64,000 nucleotides of DNA from a virus: positions 10,761 through 74,760 of IMG/VR virus record IMGVR_UViG_3300035183_001040; one strand, 5' to 3'. The notes under the pieces were generated by a model. The model was not told where the DNA came from. It ran no database searches and saw only the letters and a list, made by a program, of their open reading frames with translations. The position numbers and the translations under genes were made by a program. Positions 26,135-36,283 of this stretch are shown piece by piece. Every line of letters starts with the position of its first letter. Position 1 is the first letter of the stretch.

Positions 26135-27933
26135 TACAACGCCTCCCTCCGCGGAACAGGTCGAGTTTTCACCTCGCCAGGAGTCGTCGAAACATCGTCC
26201 ACCTGCGAGCGCGCGATGACGTAGTTCTGATAGTCGAAGTCGATGCGCAAGCCTCTCTCTCCCCAGTCGTACCGAACGTTCGCAACGCGAAAGAATCGCT
26301 GAAGCTCGACCACGTTGCCGCGCGTTGACGCAACAAGAACCCGTGCGAGGTTCTCGTCGCCGAGCGTTCTGGTGATTCGCCTCACCTGCTCCTCGAAGCT
26401 GTTTCGTTCGCTGTCGATGAGCGCGGAGACGAGCGGGGAAGCCGCGGTCAGGTTGCGCGTGTCGATGAGGAACTCAACCCCGTCACCTGGTCGCAACCGA
26501 ACGAGGTCAGGATCTGCATTGTTGCCGCCGAAGCTCGCCAGGTTAGGTGTGGATGCCGAGCCGCCCACTTCTCCTCGGCCGATTTCCTCGTAGATTGCGT
26601 GTGCAATCTGGGTAAGCCGCTCAGGGTCCGTGACTCCTGAAGGCGCGGGCAGGATGAGCACCTGCTCGCTCGAACTTCGGGCACCCGGTCCAACGAAGGT
26701 CTTTCGGGCGGCCTTCGCCTTGTCGCTGACGGCGGCGTCGGGAGGCCATTCCGCGACGATGAGCTGCCCGAGCCCATCGTCCTTGTCTGCGCCGTCGGGG
26801 TCGACCGCGACGAGGCGCACGACGCGAGGGCGCTGGAAACCTGTGTACTTTCGGTCGAAGCTGAGGGACTGCAGATCTCGGCCGTAAACGAGCCTACGCA
26901 CGCTGAGAGGCGGGTCGATGGGTTCGAGCGCCTGCTGGTCGAAGGCGCGGGGCGCGCCTCCCTTGAACGGTGTCTTGGTGCCGTCAAACCCTGCACGCTG
27001 TTGCGCAAAGATGGCACGGGAAGGACGGATGAGCAGGTCATAGCCTCGGAAGAACGGAATGGCACCGACGAGGTAGCAGAACTGGACGATGAGGTCCCAG
27101 AAGGACAGGCTGCCCGTCTCGCTCTTCATCGTCATGCGCGGAGCCGCACGGGTCCCTTTCGCGCCTTGGCGATGTCGAGAGACATGGCGAAGACCCGGCG
27201 CTGCCGGAGAGGGCACTTGCGCGTCGGGCCATTCGTCTGGGTTGACGAGCACTTTGCAATTCTGGAAGGCGTTGCCGGGGTAGAGCGCGAGGATGTTGGC
27301 AACGACGACGTCGATGGGCTGGGTGGTGTCGAGCTGGTCCCAGAACTCGCCGACTTTGACCGGAGCCGATGCGACCTGCATGTCGAGCAGAGCGCCGCGG
27401 AGGTCCCTGCCTTTGAGGGAGATCGAACTGCCCTTGTCGTTGTGCGTCACCTCGGCCTCGTCCACGAGGCCGACCATGACCAGTGTGTCGGGGTTGGGCA
27501 GGCCGAGTTCGTTGCGCGTACGAAGAATCGACCGAGTCGACCCGTCGAGCGCGTTCGGGTTCGGCACTGCCATTCCTTGCGCGAACTCGACGGCTGAAAC
27601 CGCGCCGATGTGAATCTCCGCCGACCACGCGCGCGCAACCTGCGGATTGATCGGGAACTGCAGAAAGTCCATCTCGATGGTGAACGTGCCGGCCTGCCTG
27701 TACCCGGGGAGTTCGACCGTGCACCTCTTCGGCACGCGGTTGAAGATTTTGCTCGCGCCCTCAAGGCCTGGTTGCAGGATGAGCGGCTCGGTGTAAGGGG
27801 GTTGCGGAACGACGGCCCCTTCCACCTGTTTGTCCACGGTGCCTGCTTCGGGAGGAGGCGTTGCGGTAACGTGCAGCGTCTCGTCGAAGAGCAGGGTGAA
27901 GTTCACTACGCAGCTCGGGTAGTAGGTGGCCAT
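26134..27933 (-). CDS. Baseplate hub (gpD/gp27-like)
   Basis: MVGLVDE...ISLKGRDLRGALLD; lies between the LysM protein and the spike. Confidence 0.7.
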   Translation of the reverse strand: MATYYPSCVVNFTLLFDETLHVTATPPPEAGTVDKQVEGAVVPQPPYTEPLILQPGLEGASKIFNRVPKRCTVELPGYRQAGTFTIEMDFLQFPINPQVARAWSAEIHIGAVSAVEFAQGMAVPNPNALDGSTRSILRTRNELGLPNPDTLVMVGLVDEAEVTHNDKGSSISLKGRDLRGALLDMQVASAPVKVGEFWDQLDTTQPIDVVVANILALYPGNAFQNCKVLVNPDEWPDAQVPSPAAPGLRHVSRHRQGAKGTRAAPRMTMKSETGSLSFWDLIVQFCYLVGAIPFFRGYDLLIRPSRAIFAQQRAGFDGTKTPFKGGAPRAFDQQALEPIDPPLSVRRLVYGRDLQSLSFDRKYTGFQRPRVVRLVAVDPDGADKDDGLGQLIVAEWPPDAAVSDKAKAARKTFVGPGARSSSEQVLILPAPSGVTDPERLTQIAHAIYEEIGRGEVGGSASTPNLASFGGNNADPDLVRLRPGDGVEFLIDTRNLTAASPLVSALIDSERNSFEEQVRRITRTLGDENLARVLVASTRGNVVELQRFFRVANVRYDWGERGLRIDFDYQNYVIARSQVDDVSTTPGEVKTRPVPRREAL

Positions 27934-27934
27934 C

Positions 27935-29086
27935 CTACGCTCCTGCTCCTTGCCCAAGGGGCAGTTTCGGCACGAGCACGACTTGGCCTGGTTCGAGTTC
28001 GGCCGAGGTCAGGTTGTTGAACCGAAGAAGCGTTCGCCATTCGAGCGGCGTGCCGTAGAAGAGGCGCGAGACGTCGCGCAGGTCGTCGCCCTCCTTCGCC
28101 GTGTAGACCGCGAGCAGATTGCTCCCGGCCGCCGAGACTTGGGCAGCGTAGAAGTCGCGCCTCTCCACGGCCTCGTTGCGGAGAGAGCGGGCTGCACGCT
28201 TGAGGTCTGAGATGAACATTTCGGCCTGGCGTTTCTGCCCCGCGCTCATCTGAGCCGGGGTAGGACGGAAGCGCGTTGCAGCTGCGGTCTGCGCTTCGAG
28301 CGCGTCGCGGATGTCGTTCAACGCGCCGACCATCCCTTGCAACGCTGACCATGCCATGTGGACAGCGCTCAGCGGTGTGAGCACCAAGGACACCGCGTTC
28401 GTGATTGCTCCTTGCAGTTTGTCGAAGCTGTCGGAGAACTTCTGGGAAAGTTGAAGGAGTTTGCCGAGTAGGTCGGTGTTCAGGCCGAACGGCGGTTCGC
28501 TCAGCAGGTTGTCGAAGTCGTCCTTGAGCCTGCGCATGCGTGGGAGCGTGCCGGCGAGGGAGTTTTCGACCGTGAACACCCCCGGTGCCGTGCGCTCGCC
28601 CTGGCTTGTCCACGCGAACTTGATGCTGTACTCGAGGTCGTGCGTGTTGTGCCACCTCTGCTCGAACTCCACGAGGTGGCCGTGCCTTGTCACCTCGTCC
28701 CAGGTCACTTCCAGGAGTTGGCCTCTGCGCCGGATAGCATCGATGGTTTTCGCCGCCTCGCGCGCGGTGCGAATGGGGCGACCGTTGAGCGTGAAGGAGA
28801 ACACCGGGTCAGCGCCGCTCAAACCCCCTGCGGTATCGGCAGAGGTGTCGAGGTACTTGTTCTTCCACCACCCCGTGATTTCCGTTGGCTCTTCGCTCGG
28901 CCCGAGCACGGTTGCCGTCGCCTCCGCGTACCCCGGAAGCCATGTGAATTCGACTCGTTGGGTCCCGCGCAGGTGAAAAGGACGGTAGGGAAGAGCGCGA
29001 CCGCGAAGTTGCACGGTGGATGGGTTGGGGCCAGTCAACTCCAGTATCTGAAAGGCTGAGACCGTGTTGACTACCGCCGCAGCCAT
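27935..29086 (-). CDS. Tail tube initiator with C-terminal LysM (gpU/gpX-like fusion)
   Basis: YTAKEGDDLRDVSRLFYG...WRTLLRFNNL...LEPGQVVLVP. Confidence 0.8.
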   Translation of the reverse strand: MAAAVVNTVSAFQILELTGPNPSTVQLRGRALPYRPFHLRGTQRVEFTWLPGYAEATATVLGPSEEPTEITGWWKNKYLDTSADTAGGLSGADPVFSFTLNGRPIRTAREAAKTIDAIRRRGQLLEVTWDEVTRHGHLVEFEQRWHNTHDLEYSIKFAWTSQGERTAPGVFTVENSLAGTLPRMRRLKDDFDNLLSEPPFGLNTDLLGKLLQLSQKFSDSFDKLQGAITNAVSLVLTPLSAVHMAWSALQGMVGALNDIRDALEAQTAAATRFRPTPAQMSAGQKRQAEMFISDLKRAARSLRNEAVERRDFYAAQVSAAGSNLLAVYTAKEGDDLRDVSRLFYGTPLEWRTLLRFNNLTSAELEPGQVVLVPKLPLGQGAGA

Positions 29087-29092
29087 CGCGCG

Positions 29093-30997
29093 TTACCTGA
29101 TGCCCATGATCGGCTCGAAGCCGCTCTGAAGCCGCATCTCCGCGACGCGTGCAAGGTCGTCGGCGAACGCGATCGCGATGCGGTCCGGGTCGAACCCCTC
29201 CGCGAACTTCTGCGTGATGTCGAACTTCGACCCGCGAAAGTCCATGTACGGCTCGCCTGGGCGGATGTCGGGAGCAGTCGCTCGCGGTAAGCTCTCGACG
29301 TCGACCACAAGCGGCTTCTTCTCGAACAGCCCGGCGAGCAGTTTGTTGAATGCCTCAAACCTCCCAGCTTCACCGACCGTTTTTGGTATCTCGAACTTCG
29401 GAGCGCCTGGTATCTGCTTCAAGAGCCAGGCGAGAGTTTTCATGAACAGAGTTACGATCTGGATGAGCCCTTTGAAAACATCGATCAAGAAACCAAGCAC
29501 CGGTATGGCAACCGTGCTGACGAAGCTGAAGAACGTTCTAACTCCGTCGATGAGCACTGGGAACGCGGCAGAAGCGAGTTCGCCAACTGCCTGTAGCATA
29601 TCGGCAACGATGGTCCCGAAATCGCTTAAGTAAGGCGCAAGACTGTCAGCTATGACGCTTATAATCTCGACCACGGCGTTGTACATCTGCGAGAGCCCGG
29701 CGACGACTGCCGCGCCGGCCTCGAAGAGCGGCGGCATGACGGTGCTCAGAAACACACCGAACGCATCGCCTAGTTTCTGAAGGAGGTTCCAAACTGGGTC
29801 GATTGTCGAAAGAACAGATTGAATGGTGGACGACAGGCCTTCAAGCGACTTGCCGACAGCGTCGGTGTTCTGGAGAAACTTGCCGATGCCGATACCGGCA
29901 ACGGTCGCGATCGCGCCTCCTAGAGATCCCCGCGCAAGGCCTGTAAGGCCCAGTTTCAACGGAGACTGCTCCTGCATCTCCATCACCGACCCCAGCGCAC
30001 CCTCCAATCCACGGAAACCTGTCGTCTTGCTGAGCACCGCAAGCCATCGCGTGAACCCGTCAACCGCGTTCTCAACCCAGTTGCCGATCGTCTTGAGCAC
30101 CTCAGCGATGTGCGTACTGAAAATTTTCCCCACCTCGACCGCGATCGATGCTATCTTCGTGAGATTGCCCTCGCTGTCGAACAGAAGTGCGTTGATGTCT
30201 CTGAGCGATGCCTTCATCTGCTCGAAGAGCGGAGACGAGGCGTAGCGGCCAACCAGGCGCGTGTTGGACTGCAACGCACCGACCTGCGACTCCCACGAAT
30301 TCGAGGCCTGGTCGAGCATCGGTTGCAGTTTTTCCAGCGTTTTGACGAGCAGCTCCGCGCGCTGCTGTTCGGTCATCTCGTTGAACGACTGGGCGGTGAG
30401 GTTGGCATGCCCTTCGACCTGCTTCATGAACGGAAGCAGGTTCTGGAACGTGCGCGTCGCCTGCCTAGCCAAACCTGCACCCGGTGCGAGCATGCGCTGC
30501 AAGTCACGGCCGATCTGCGACGCCCCGATGCCGAACGTGATACCGACGGCGGAAATCTTGTTGGAGAAACTGACGAAGTCTCCAACGTTGCCCTTCAGCG
30601 CTCGGCTCACGTACGGGAGCCCCATCTTGAAGACTTCGATGTAGTCTTCGGCTTCTCCGGGAAGCGCCGCAGAGTCGTGGATGATCTTGTCCATGACCCT
30701 GCTCGCGTCCTTCATCCCCGACTCGATGTCCTTGGACATGCCAAGGCCGGTCATGAAGCCGGCGACTTGAATTTGCGCCTGCTCGGCCTTCGAACCTATC
30801 TCGGCAACGACGCTGCCGATGTCGATGGCATGCCCGATGACAGACTTGACCACGCCCCCGATCGCGCCGATCGCAGCCTTGAGTTGCCCGATAACTGCCC
30901 CTGCGGCTTCGGCTTGGCGCGCCATCTGGCTGACGGGCTGGGAGAAGCCTTGCGTATCGGCAATGAAGGTTTCCTTGATGGTGTTGTCGGTAGCCAT
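29093..30997 (-). CDS. Tape measure protein
   Basis: 634 aa, Ala/Gly/hydrophobic helical repeats, follows the chaperone pair. Confidence 0.85.
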   Translation of the reverse strand: MATDNTIKETFIADTQGFSQPVSQMARQAEAAGAVIGQLKAAIGAIGGVVKSVIGHAIDIGSVVAEIGSKAEQAQIQVAGFMTGLGMSKDIESGMKDASRVMDKIIHDSAALPGEAEDYIEVFKMGLPYVSRALKGNVGDFVSFSNKISAVGITFGIGASQIGRDLQRMLAPGAGLARQATRTFQNLLPFMKQVEGHANLTAQSFNEMTEQQRAELLVKTLEKLQPMLDQASNSWESQVGALQSNTRLVGRYASSPLFEQMKASLRDINALLFDSEGNLTKIASIAVEVGKIFSTHIAEVLKTIGNWVENAVDGFTRWLAVLSKTTGFRGLEGALGSVMEMQEQSPLKLGLTGLARGSLGGAIATVAGIGIGKFLQNTDAVGKSLEGLSSTIQSVLSTIDPVWNLLQKLGDAFGVFLSTVMPPLFEAGAAVVAGLSQMYNAVVEIISVIADSLAPYLSDFGTIVADMLQAVGELASAAFPVLIDGVRTFFSFVSTVAIPVLGFLIDVFKGLIQIVTLFMKTLAWLLKQIPGAPKFEIPKTVGEAGRFEAFNKLLAGLFEKKPLVVDVESLPRATAPDIRPGEPYMDFRGSKFDITQKFAEGFDPDRIAIAFADDLARVAEMRLQSGFEPIMGIR

Positions 30998-31001
30998 GGT
31001 T

Positions 31002-31253
31002 TCAATCCCGCTCGTACCGAGCGCGCATCGCCTCGCCTTCTTCCCGAATCAACTCTCCGACCTCTGCTGCGAGCGCAACGAGCTCTCGAACAGTCAGCTT
31101 GAGCATTTCGGTTGCGCTCTGGTGCCCATAGCGCCCGAGGAACGCGAGCAGTTTGTAAAGCTGCACTTCGCGCGGCGGCTTCTGCCGACCGAGCGCGCAG
31201 GCCATCGCCGCCAGGCTCAGCCCGCCCGCACCTGGCGGCTCTGGAGAAAACCC
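31002..31253 (-). CDS. Tail assembly chaperone, -1 frameshift extension (gpGT-like)
   Basis: The -1 frame is open from slippery G GGT TTT (31253-31247) to stop 31002. Confidence 0.7.
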   Translation of the reverse strand, partial: GFSPEPPGAGGLSLAAMACALGRQKPPREVQLYKLLAFLGRYGHQSATEMLKLTVRELVALAAEVGELIREEGEAMRARYERD

Positions 31254-31633
31254 TCAGCGGCGCCCTCGGGCGGGTTGTGGATCTGCGCGTACGCCTGAAG
31301 GACCAAGGAGCGGATTTTTGCAGGCATGCGATTCCACGCCGCATCCACGCTCCCGTCGGCGAGCGAGACGCGCTTGCCGTCGATTTCGCGCAGCGACTCC
31401 TTGACCAGTTCTCCGGCAAGGCGGAACTGGTCGCCTCGCGCTCGCTTGATCGCCATCTGCTCCTCCTCCGCCGTCAACTCCACCAGCCCCACGGAGGAGA
31501 TTCCGAGCGAGGCGAGCTCCGAGGGAACGGTGTAGGTGTAGACGACGCGCTCGCGCCGGATTGCTTGGATGTCGGCCACGGACCGAACATGCTGCGGCGC
31601 GGTGCCATCTTGTTGCTGCATGAAAACCTCCAT
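31217..31633 (-). CDS. Tail assembly chaperone (gpG-like)
   Basis: Between tube and tape measure; LVELTAEEEQMA; ends in the slippery site. Confidence 0.8.
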   Translation of the reverse strand: MEVFMQQQDGTAPQHVRSVADIQAIRRERVVYTYTVPSELASLGISSVGLVELTAEEEQMAIKRARGDQFRLAGELVKESLREIDGKRVSLADGSVDAAWNRMPAKIRSLVLQAYAQIHNPPEGAAEGFLQSRQVRAG

Positions 31634-31653
31634 CTGCGTTGCTCCTTCGTGGG

Positions 31654-32085
31654 TCAGAAGATCACCTGCGCCTCGGACGCCTCGTACTCCAGCGTCACGG
31701 TGCCGTAGTCGGAGCGAGAGCCGAAGTTGATCGGCACCTCACCAAACTCGACGTTGGGGATGAGCACGCGGGGCCTGTCGCCGTTGGGGAAGTTGAGCGT
31801 GGTCTTGATATTGACCTTCGTTCCTGCCTCTCGCCGGCGGGCCTTGTCGACGAGCGCCTTGATGAGGTCGAAGATGTCCTCGTTTTCGATGTGCAACTCC
31901 ATCCGCCCGCGGATGCCTCGAAAAATCGAGTCGCGCCTGTCGGTCGTTTCGCCGAGGTAGCCTTCGCGCAGGATTTCGAGCTGGAAGGCGAACTCGTGGC
32001 TGCGGATGTCGGTGATGGTGTCCTGGGGCGTTCCGTTCAGGACGATGATGGCTTCGGTTTCCTGCCCTTTGATTCTCTGTGACAC
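31654..32085 (-). CDS. Tail tube protein
   Basis: 143 aa directly after the sheath; EGYLGETT..RD; GGAGG RBS. Confidence 0.75.
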   Translation of the reverse strand: MSQRIKGQETEAIIVLNGTPQDTITDIRSHEFAFQLEILREGYLGETTDRRDSIFRGIRGRMELHIENEDIFDLIKALVDKARRREAGTKVNIKTTLNFPNGDRPRVLIPNVEFGEVPINFGSRSDYGTVTLEYEASEAQVIF

Positions 32086-32099
32086 GGCTTCGGACCTCC

Positions 32100-32356
32100 T
32101 TCGACTGGCTGCTCCTGGCTGGAAAAGGCGAAAGGCCCGCGAAGACCTTTTCGGGGTCTGCTCGCGGGCCCTATCTCCCGCGCAGCGGCGAACTGCGCGG
32201 GATGAAGCTCGGCGCCTGGCGCGCTGGTGCGCCCCAAGCTAACCGCACCGGAAGAAGCCCGAAAGTCGGGGAGGGGATGCCAGGCTCCGGACTCCCCCCG
32301 TGCGCGGCTACACGAATGATGCCGCAGACGCCGAAAGCCGTCAAGCAGGCGCGCGG
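32100..32356. ncRNA. Putative structured RNA between sheath and tube genes
   Basis: Multiple stems, e.g. 32134-42/32162-70 and 32176-85/32193-202; no credible ORF. Confidence 0.45.
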
Positions 32357-34423
32357 CTACTGCTGCCGGCTGACGTTGAGCACGCCCTCGCCGATCTCCG
32401 CCTGCAGCACGATGAAGTCCGCCGTCGCGAGGGTTCGGACGCGCACGATGAGCACGAAGATGCCCTTCGCTTCGAGCTCCTTCGTGTTGCCGCTCTTGTC
32501 GTCGACCTGGAAGTCAACGATGCGCTGAGCGGGCGGGTTGTTGGGCGAAAGCAGCTCGTTGAGGAACGCCACCGTTTCGCCCACCATCTGGTCTTTGAGC
32601 GCTGCGGTGAGGGGCAGTTTGGAGAACTGCACGAGGCGCTCGGCAAGACTGTCCTCGATGAAGTCCGCCATGCGCCTGCGGTTGATGTTCTTTTGGCCGG
32701 AAATCAGGCTCGTCGTGACGCCGGACTGGAAGATGGGACCGGCGGTTCGGTCGAACCGGACCGCGACCACGCCCTTGTCTCGAAGCTGGATGTACTCGCC
32801 GATGCCGAGGGCGCTCGGAGCAAGGCCGCGCTGCATGCCGAGCACTGGCGCCATGACTTCCGGCACCGGAGGGCCTGCCTGGCCCGGATTGCGCTCCGGA
32901 GGCAAGTTGGACATGACGCTCGCGAGCCAGAAGTCGGTCGAGTCGTCGAGAATTCCGTCGATCGTGGTGTTGACGTCTGCGGTCTTGAGCCGGAAGTTCA
33001 CCGCCTCCGGAACGAACATCTTGACGCCCGGCCAAGCGTAGTCGACGCGCTCGCTTCGGTTCGCGCCTACGCCGGGGTCGGTGTCGCCGAGCACGGTGGT
33101 GAGCAAAACGGTGCCGAGGTCGGGCGAGAGCACAGCACTGCGCCCGATTCCTTGCGACGACGCGGTTTCGACGTGCGACTTGAGCTTGCTACGAATCACC
33201 GCGCTCTTGCGCGCCGCGACGAGGATGTTGACGGAACGCGCCGGGTCTGCGTCGGCGAGGAGGGCGTCGATGGCGGTGGCGTAGAGCGCGTCGATGCCTG
33301 CTGACGCCGGAGCGTTGATGCCTTGCACGGCGGCGGTGAACTGGATGCCGCCACCTCCACCCGGCATGAGCCTGCCACCGAGCCCGCTCAGCACGTCCCA
33401 GGATGAGCCTGTTGTTGCGGGCGGGACCTCGCGCGGAGTGAGTTGCGTGCCTGCGGCCCAGGCTCCGCTGGTGTTTCCGCCGGTTGCGTTGGTGAGAGGA
33501 CGAGAGGGAATCGTGTAGCCACCCACGTCCGCCGCGCCGTAGCCGCCGGGGGTCGAAGCGCCCGGGACGAGCACGGGAGCGCTGTCGGCGTCGCTCGCGA
33601 AGTGTAGGCGCCAGGGAACGTTGGCCGCGCCGGCGAAGGGAAAGTTTGCGCCGTTGAGCGCCTCGACCGTGATCGACGCGCCCGGAGCCGGGTCGGAAGC
33701 GACGCGGTAGGTGCCGGCGTCCGTGGACTTGGCGCCGGCGTTGTTGAAGCCGAGCACGAGGATGTCACCCTTGTGCGCGCCGAGGGTACCGTCAGGGCGT
33801 ACGATGGTGGTCCAGTCGAAGCCGCCCGCTGCGTTGAACGTCTGCGTCGCTGCAGGAGCGCCCGCAACCGTCGCGCCGCCTGTCCCCGTGGCGATCGGCG
33901 AAAGCGCCGTGAAGACGACTCGCTTTGCCACGCGCAGTCGCGCAGGGCCGGAAAGAAACTCTCGGCCTGCCGCAATCGTGCCAGACTGGACAGGCACGAC
34001 AGGCAAGGTGTTGGTCTGCGAAAGGCAGAGGGGGAGGTCGCGGAAGTACCGCACGCCCTTTGCGCTCGCGAGGTTGACGGGAACGCAGACGAGACGCGAA
34101 AAGCGCTTGTTTCGCAAGGCGACGAAGCCGTTGCCAAGACTGCCGCCGAACTCGCCAATCGTCTCGTCGAAGCCGCCGAGCTTCTGAATGAGGTCGGCCC
34201 CTGAGAAGATTTCGACCGACTGAGGGTTGGTTGTGACATTGCCCGAGTCGTCGACAGAGGTCGCAAACGACATGTCCGCGAACTCTCCGACTACGCCCAC
34301 GGTCCCGACCGATACCCCACGAACCGCGCCCGGGGGCGGCAGGTCGACGATGACCACGCCTTCGATTTGCGTGATCTGCTCGGTGCCTGGGAAGTACCCG
34401 AACCTGCGAATGAAGCCTGCCAC
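32357..34423 (-). CDS. Contractile tail sheath protein
   Basis: PGTEQITQIEGV...VGVVGEF; C-terminal INRRRMADFI...N.......G.......VR...TADFIVL. Confidence 0.9.
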   Translation of the reverse strand: MAGFIRRFGYFPGTEQITQIEGVVIVDLPPPGAVRGVSVGTVGVVGEFADMSFATSVDDSGNVTTNPQSVEIFSGADLIQKLGGFDETIGEFGGSLGNGFVALRNKRFSRLVCVPVNLASAKGVRYFRDLPLCLSQTNTLPVVPVQSGTIAAGREFLSGPARLRVAKRVVFTALSPIATGTGGATVAGAPAATQTFNAAGGFDWTTIVRPDGTLGAHKGDILVLGFNNAGAKSTDAGTYRVASDPAPGASITVEALNGANFPFAGAANVPWRLHFASDADSAPVLVPGASTPGGYGAADVGGYTIPSRPLTNATGGNTSGAWAAGTQLTPREVPPATTGSSWDVLSGLGGRLMPGGGGGIQFTAAVQGINAPASAGIDALYATAIDALLADADPARSVNILVAARKSAVIRSKLKSHVETASSQGIGRSAVLSPDLGTVLLTTVLGDTDPGVGANRSERVDYAWPGVKMFVPEAVNFRLKTADVNTTIDGILDDSTDFWLASVMSNLPPERNPGQAGPPVPEVMAPVLGMQRGLAPSALGIGEYIQLRDKGVVAVRFDRTAGPIFQSGVTTSLISGQKNINRRRMADFIEDSLAERLVQFSKLPLTAALKDQMVGETVAFLNELLSPNNPPAQRIVDFQVDDKSGNTKELEAKGIFVLIVRVRTLATADFIVLQAEIGEGVLNVSRQQ

Positions 34424-34470
34424 GTTTCTGCCTCCGTACTCTCTTACGTCACCTTACCGCAAATCATCGC

Positions 34471-35178
34471 CTACGTCTTGCTGAACACGCCGCCGACTTC
34501 TCCGCCTTCCAGAACGAGGTCAATGCGGGGGCGAGCGTTGGGAATTGGAGTGCTCAGCCGAACCTGCGCCACCTTACCATTCACCGTGAACCTCGCAACG
34601 CGCCAGCGCTGCTTCGCGTTGCTCTCGAAATCCTGGTACGCCATGTCCTTCTTCTCGTACGTGGCTCGGATGTTGTGGTAGTGCGGCAGTTCGAGCCTGA
34701 AGCCGACCATGAAATCGACCGGGTCGAAGGCGTCTTCGCACATCGCGACCAAAGCCATGCGCTCCTTCGGGTCCGTGCACCAAATCTCCACGGTGATATC
34801 GAGCACGTACTCGGCCACGAACAGCAGGACGCGGTCGGAGGCGGGGCCTGAGGCGCGCGCCGTGCTGACACGGGCAACGCGCGGCGCCATCACGGTCCAG
34901 TCGTAGTCGCCCTCACCCACGGCGTACACGGTTGCGGAAGGGTACACGGCAGGCTCGACCGGTTCGGCCCAGGTCTCCTTCACCTCGCGAAAGCGCAGCT
35001 GACGGCCGCCCGGCATCTCAATCGAGAGTTGTTCGAGGTACTCCTTCAGCCCGCGTGTGAGAGCGGTGCGACAGTCGGTCTCGCGGTTGACGGACAGAAC
35101 CTGCCTGTCGTCGGGGTCGGTAATGAGGCGGGTCGGCCGAGCGGGGGGCAGGGGCGCGACAGCGGATTGCATCGTCAT
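34471..35178 (-). CDS. Tail terminator/completion protein
   Basis: Position before the sheath; YPSATV...VEIWCTDPKER. Confidence 0.55.
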   Translation of the reverse strand: MTMQSAVAPLPPARPTRLITDPDDRQVLSVNRETDCRTALTRGLKEYLEQLSIEMPGGRQLRFREVKETWAEPVEPAVYPSATVYAVGEGDYDWTVMAPRVARVSTARASGPASDRVLLFVAEYVLDITVEIWCTDPKERMALVAMCEDAFDPVDFMVGFRLELPHYHNIRATYEKKDMAYQDFESNAKQRWRVARFTVNGKVAQVRLSTPIPNARPRIDLVLEGGEVGGVFSKT

Positions 35179-35699
35179 GGGCGCTCCAGAGCCTCGTCCA
35201 GTTCCTCCGCAACCCTGTCAAGGAAGATCGGCACAAGGACGTCCTGCACGAAGTCCTGGTCGGTGAGCACGGGGCGAGGCGCAATCCCTCTGCGCCCGAT
35301 GGCACGTGCGATCAAGAACGCCACAGCCCTGTACGGGTCAGAGCCGCGTCTGCTGCGCGTTTGCCCGTCGAGCTGAATGTGACGGCGGACCCAAGGCAAA
35401 ATCGCATCGACCGGAGGCGGGCGCGCGCCGGGGCGACGGCCACGTTCGACAAAGACCGTATGCCGAGCCCTGTTGTAGACCAGTACGGTGTTCCAGTTTT
35501 TCTGCTGCGCCTTCCATCCTGCGTGCATGCGGCCGAGGTCCCAGATGGGAATCTCCGCTGTTCGACGCTGCAGTTCCCTCACCGCCTCCTTGCCAGCTCG
35601 CGCCATGCCTTTGCGCACGGCGGCGCGCATCTTCGCGCCGCCTAGGCGACGGTGGTACTCGACCCAATCGCGAACCTGCATGTGGACGGGCATGGGCAC
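35175..35699 (-). CDS. Neck/tail completion protein (HK97 gp10-like)
   Basis: DLGRM...FVERGRRPG..PPP...AFLIARAIGRRGIAPRP. Confidence 0.7.
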   Translation of the reverse strand: MPMPVHMQVRDWVEYHRRLGGAKMRAAVRKGMARAGKEAVRELQRRTAEIPIWDLGRMHAGWKAQQKNWNTVLVYNRARHTVFVERGRRPGARPPPVDAILPWVRRHIQLDGQTRSRRGSDPYRAVAFLIARAIGRRGIAPRPVLTDQDFVQDVLVPIFLDRVAEELDEALERP

Positions 35700-36277
35700 T
35701 ATCCGTTCGGGTCTCCTGCGCGGGTGCGGTCGTCATGGGCGCGGCGCAAGTCGATCCACCATTGAAACTGGGTCGGGTTGTAGTTCGGAACGCCCGTCGG
35801 AATGAACCTGCGCCGAACGCCGTCCGAGTCCGGGCGCACGAACTCGATCTCGTAGTAGAACTCCGTATCCGAGCTGACAGGTGTACCGTCGTTGTCTCGG
35901 CCGACAAGCTGGTCTTCGGTGTAGCGGGGGCTGATTTCCGAGATGCGCACCTGCCCGACCTCCTCCATGCCTATGGGGAGAAGCTCCTGGGACAGGTTCG
36001 CAAGGTCGCTGACGCGAGGGGTGGGCAGGATGGGCGTTTCGCACACGACCTCCTCGACGCCGACGCCTCGCATGCCGCCAGTCCAGCGGGTCCTAACCAT
36101 GCGCACACGGTACGGGCGAGCACCGAGCTGGGTGTAGATGTCGCGCACGCTGTCTACGGTGTCGGTCAACGACGCGATGAGCGTTTCTCGTATCTGCGCC
36201 TGGTCAAGGACGGTGAAGCGCGCCGAGCACCCGCACGCTCCGCTCACCGCGCCGCAGAAGCTGCACGAGTCGGCCAT
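35699..36277 (-). CDS. Head closure/stopper protein
   Basis: Synteny (adaptor, stopper, neck); beta-rich. Confidence 0.55.
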   Translation of the reverse strand: MADSCSFCGAVSGACGCSARFTVLDQAQIRETLIASLTDTVDSVRDIYTQLGARPYRVRMVRTRWTGGMRGVGVEEVVCETPILPTPRVSDLANLSQELLPIGMEEVGQVRISEISPRYTEDQLVGRDNDGTPVSSDTEFYYEIEFVRPDSDGVRRRFIPTGVPNYNPTQFQWWIDLRRAHDDRTRAGDPNG

Positions 36278-36283
36278 CCTCCG

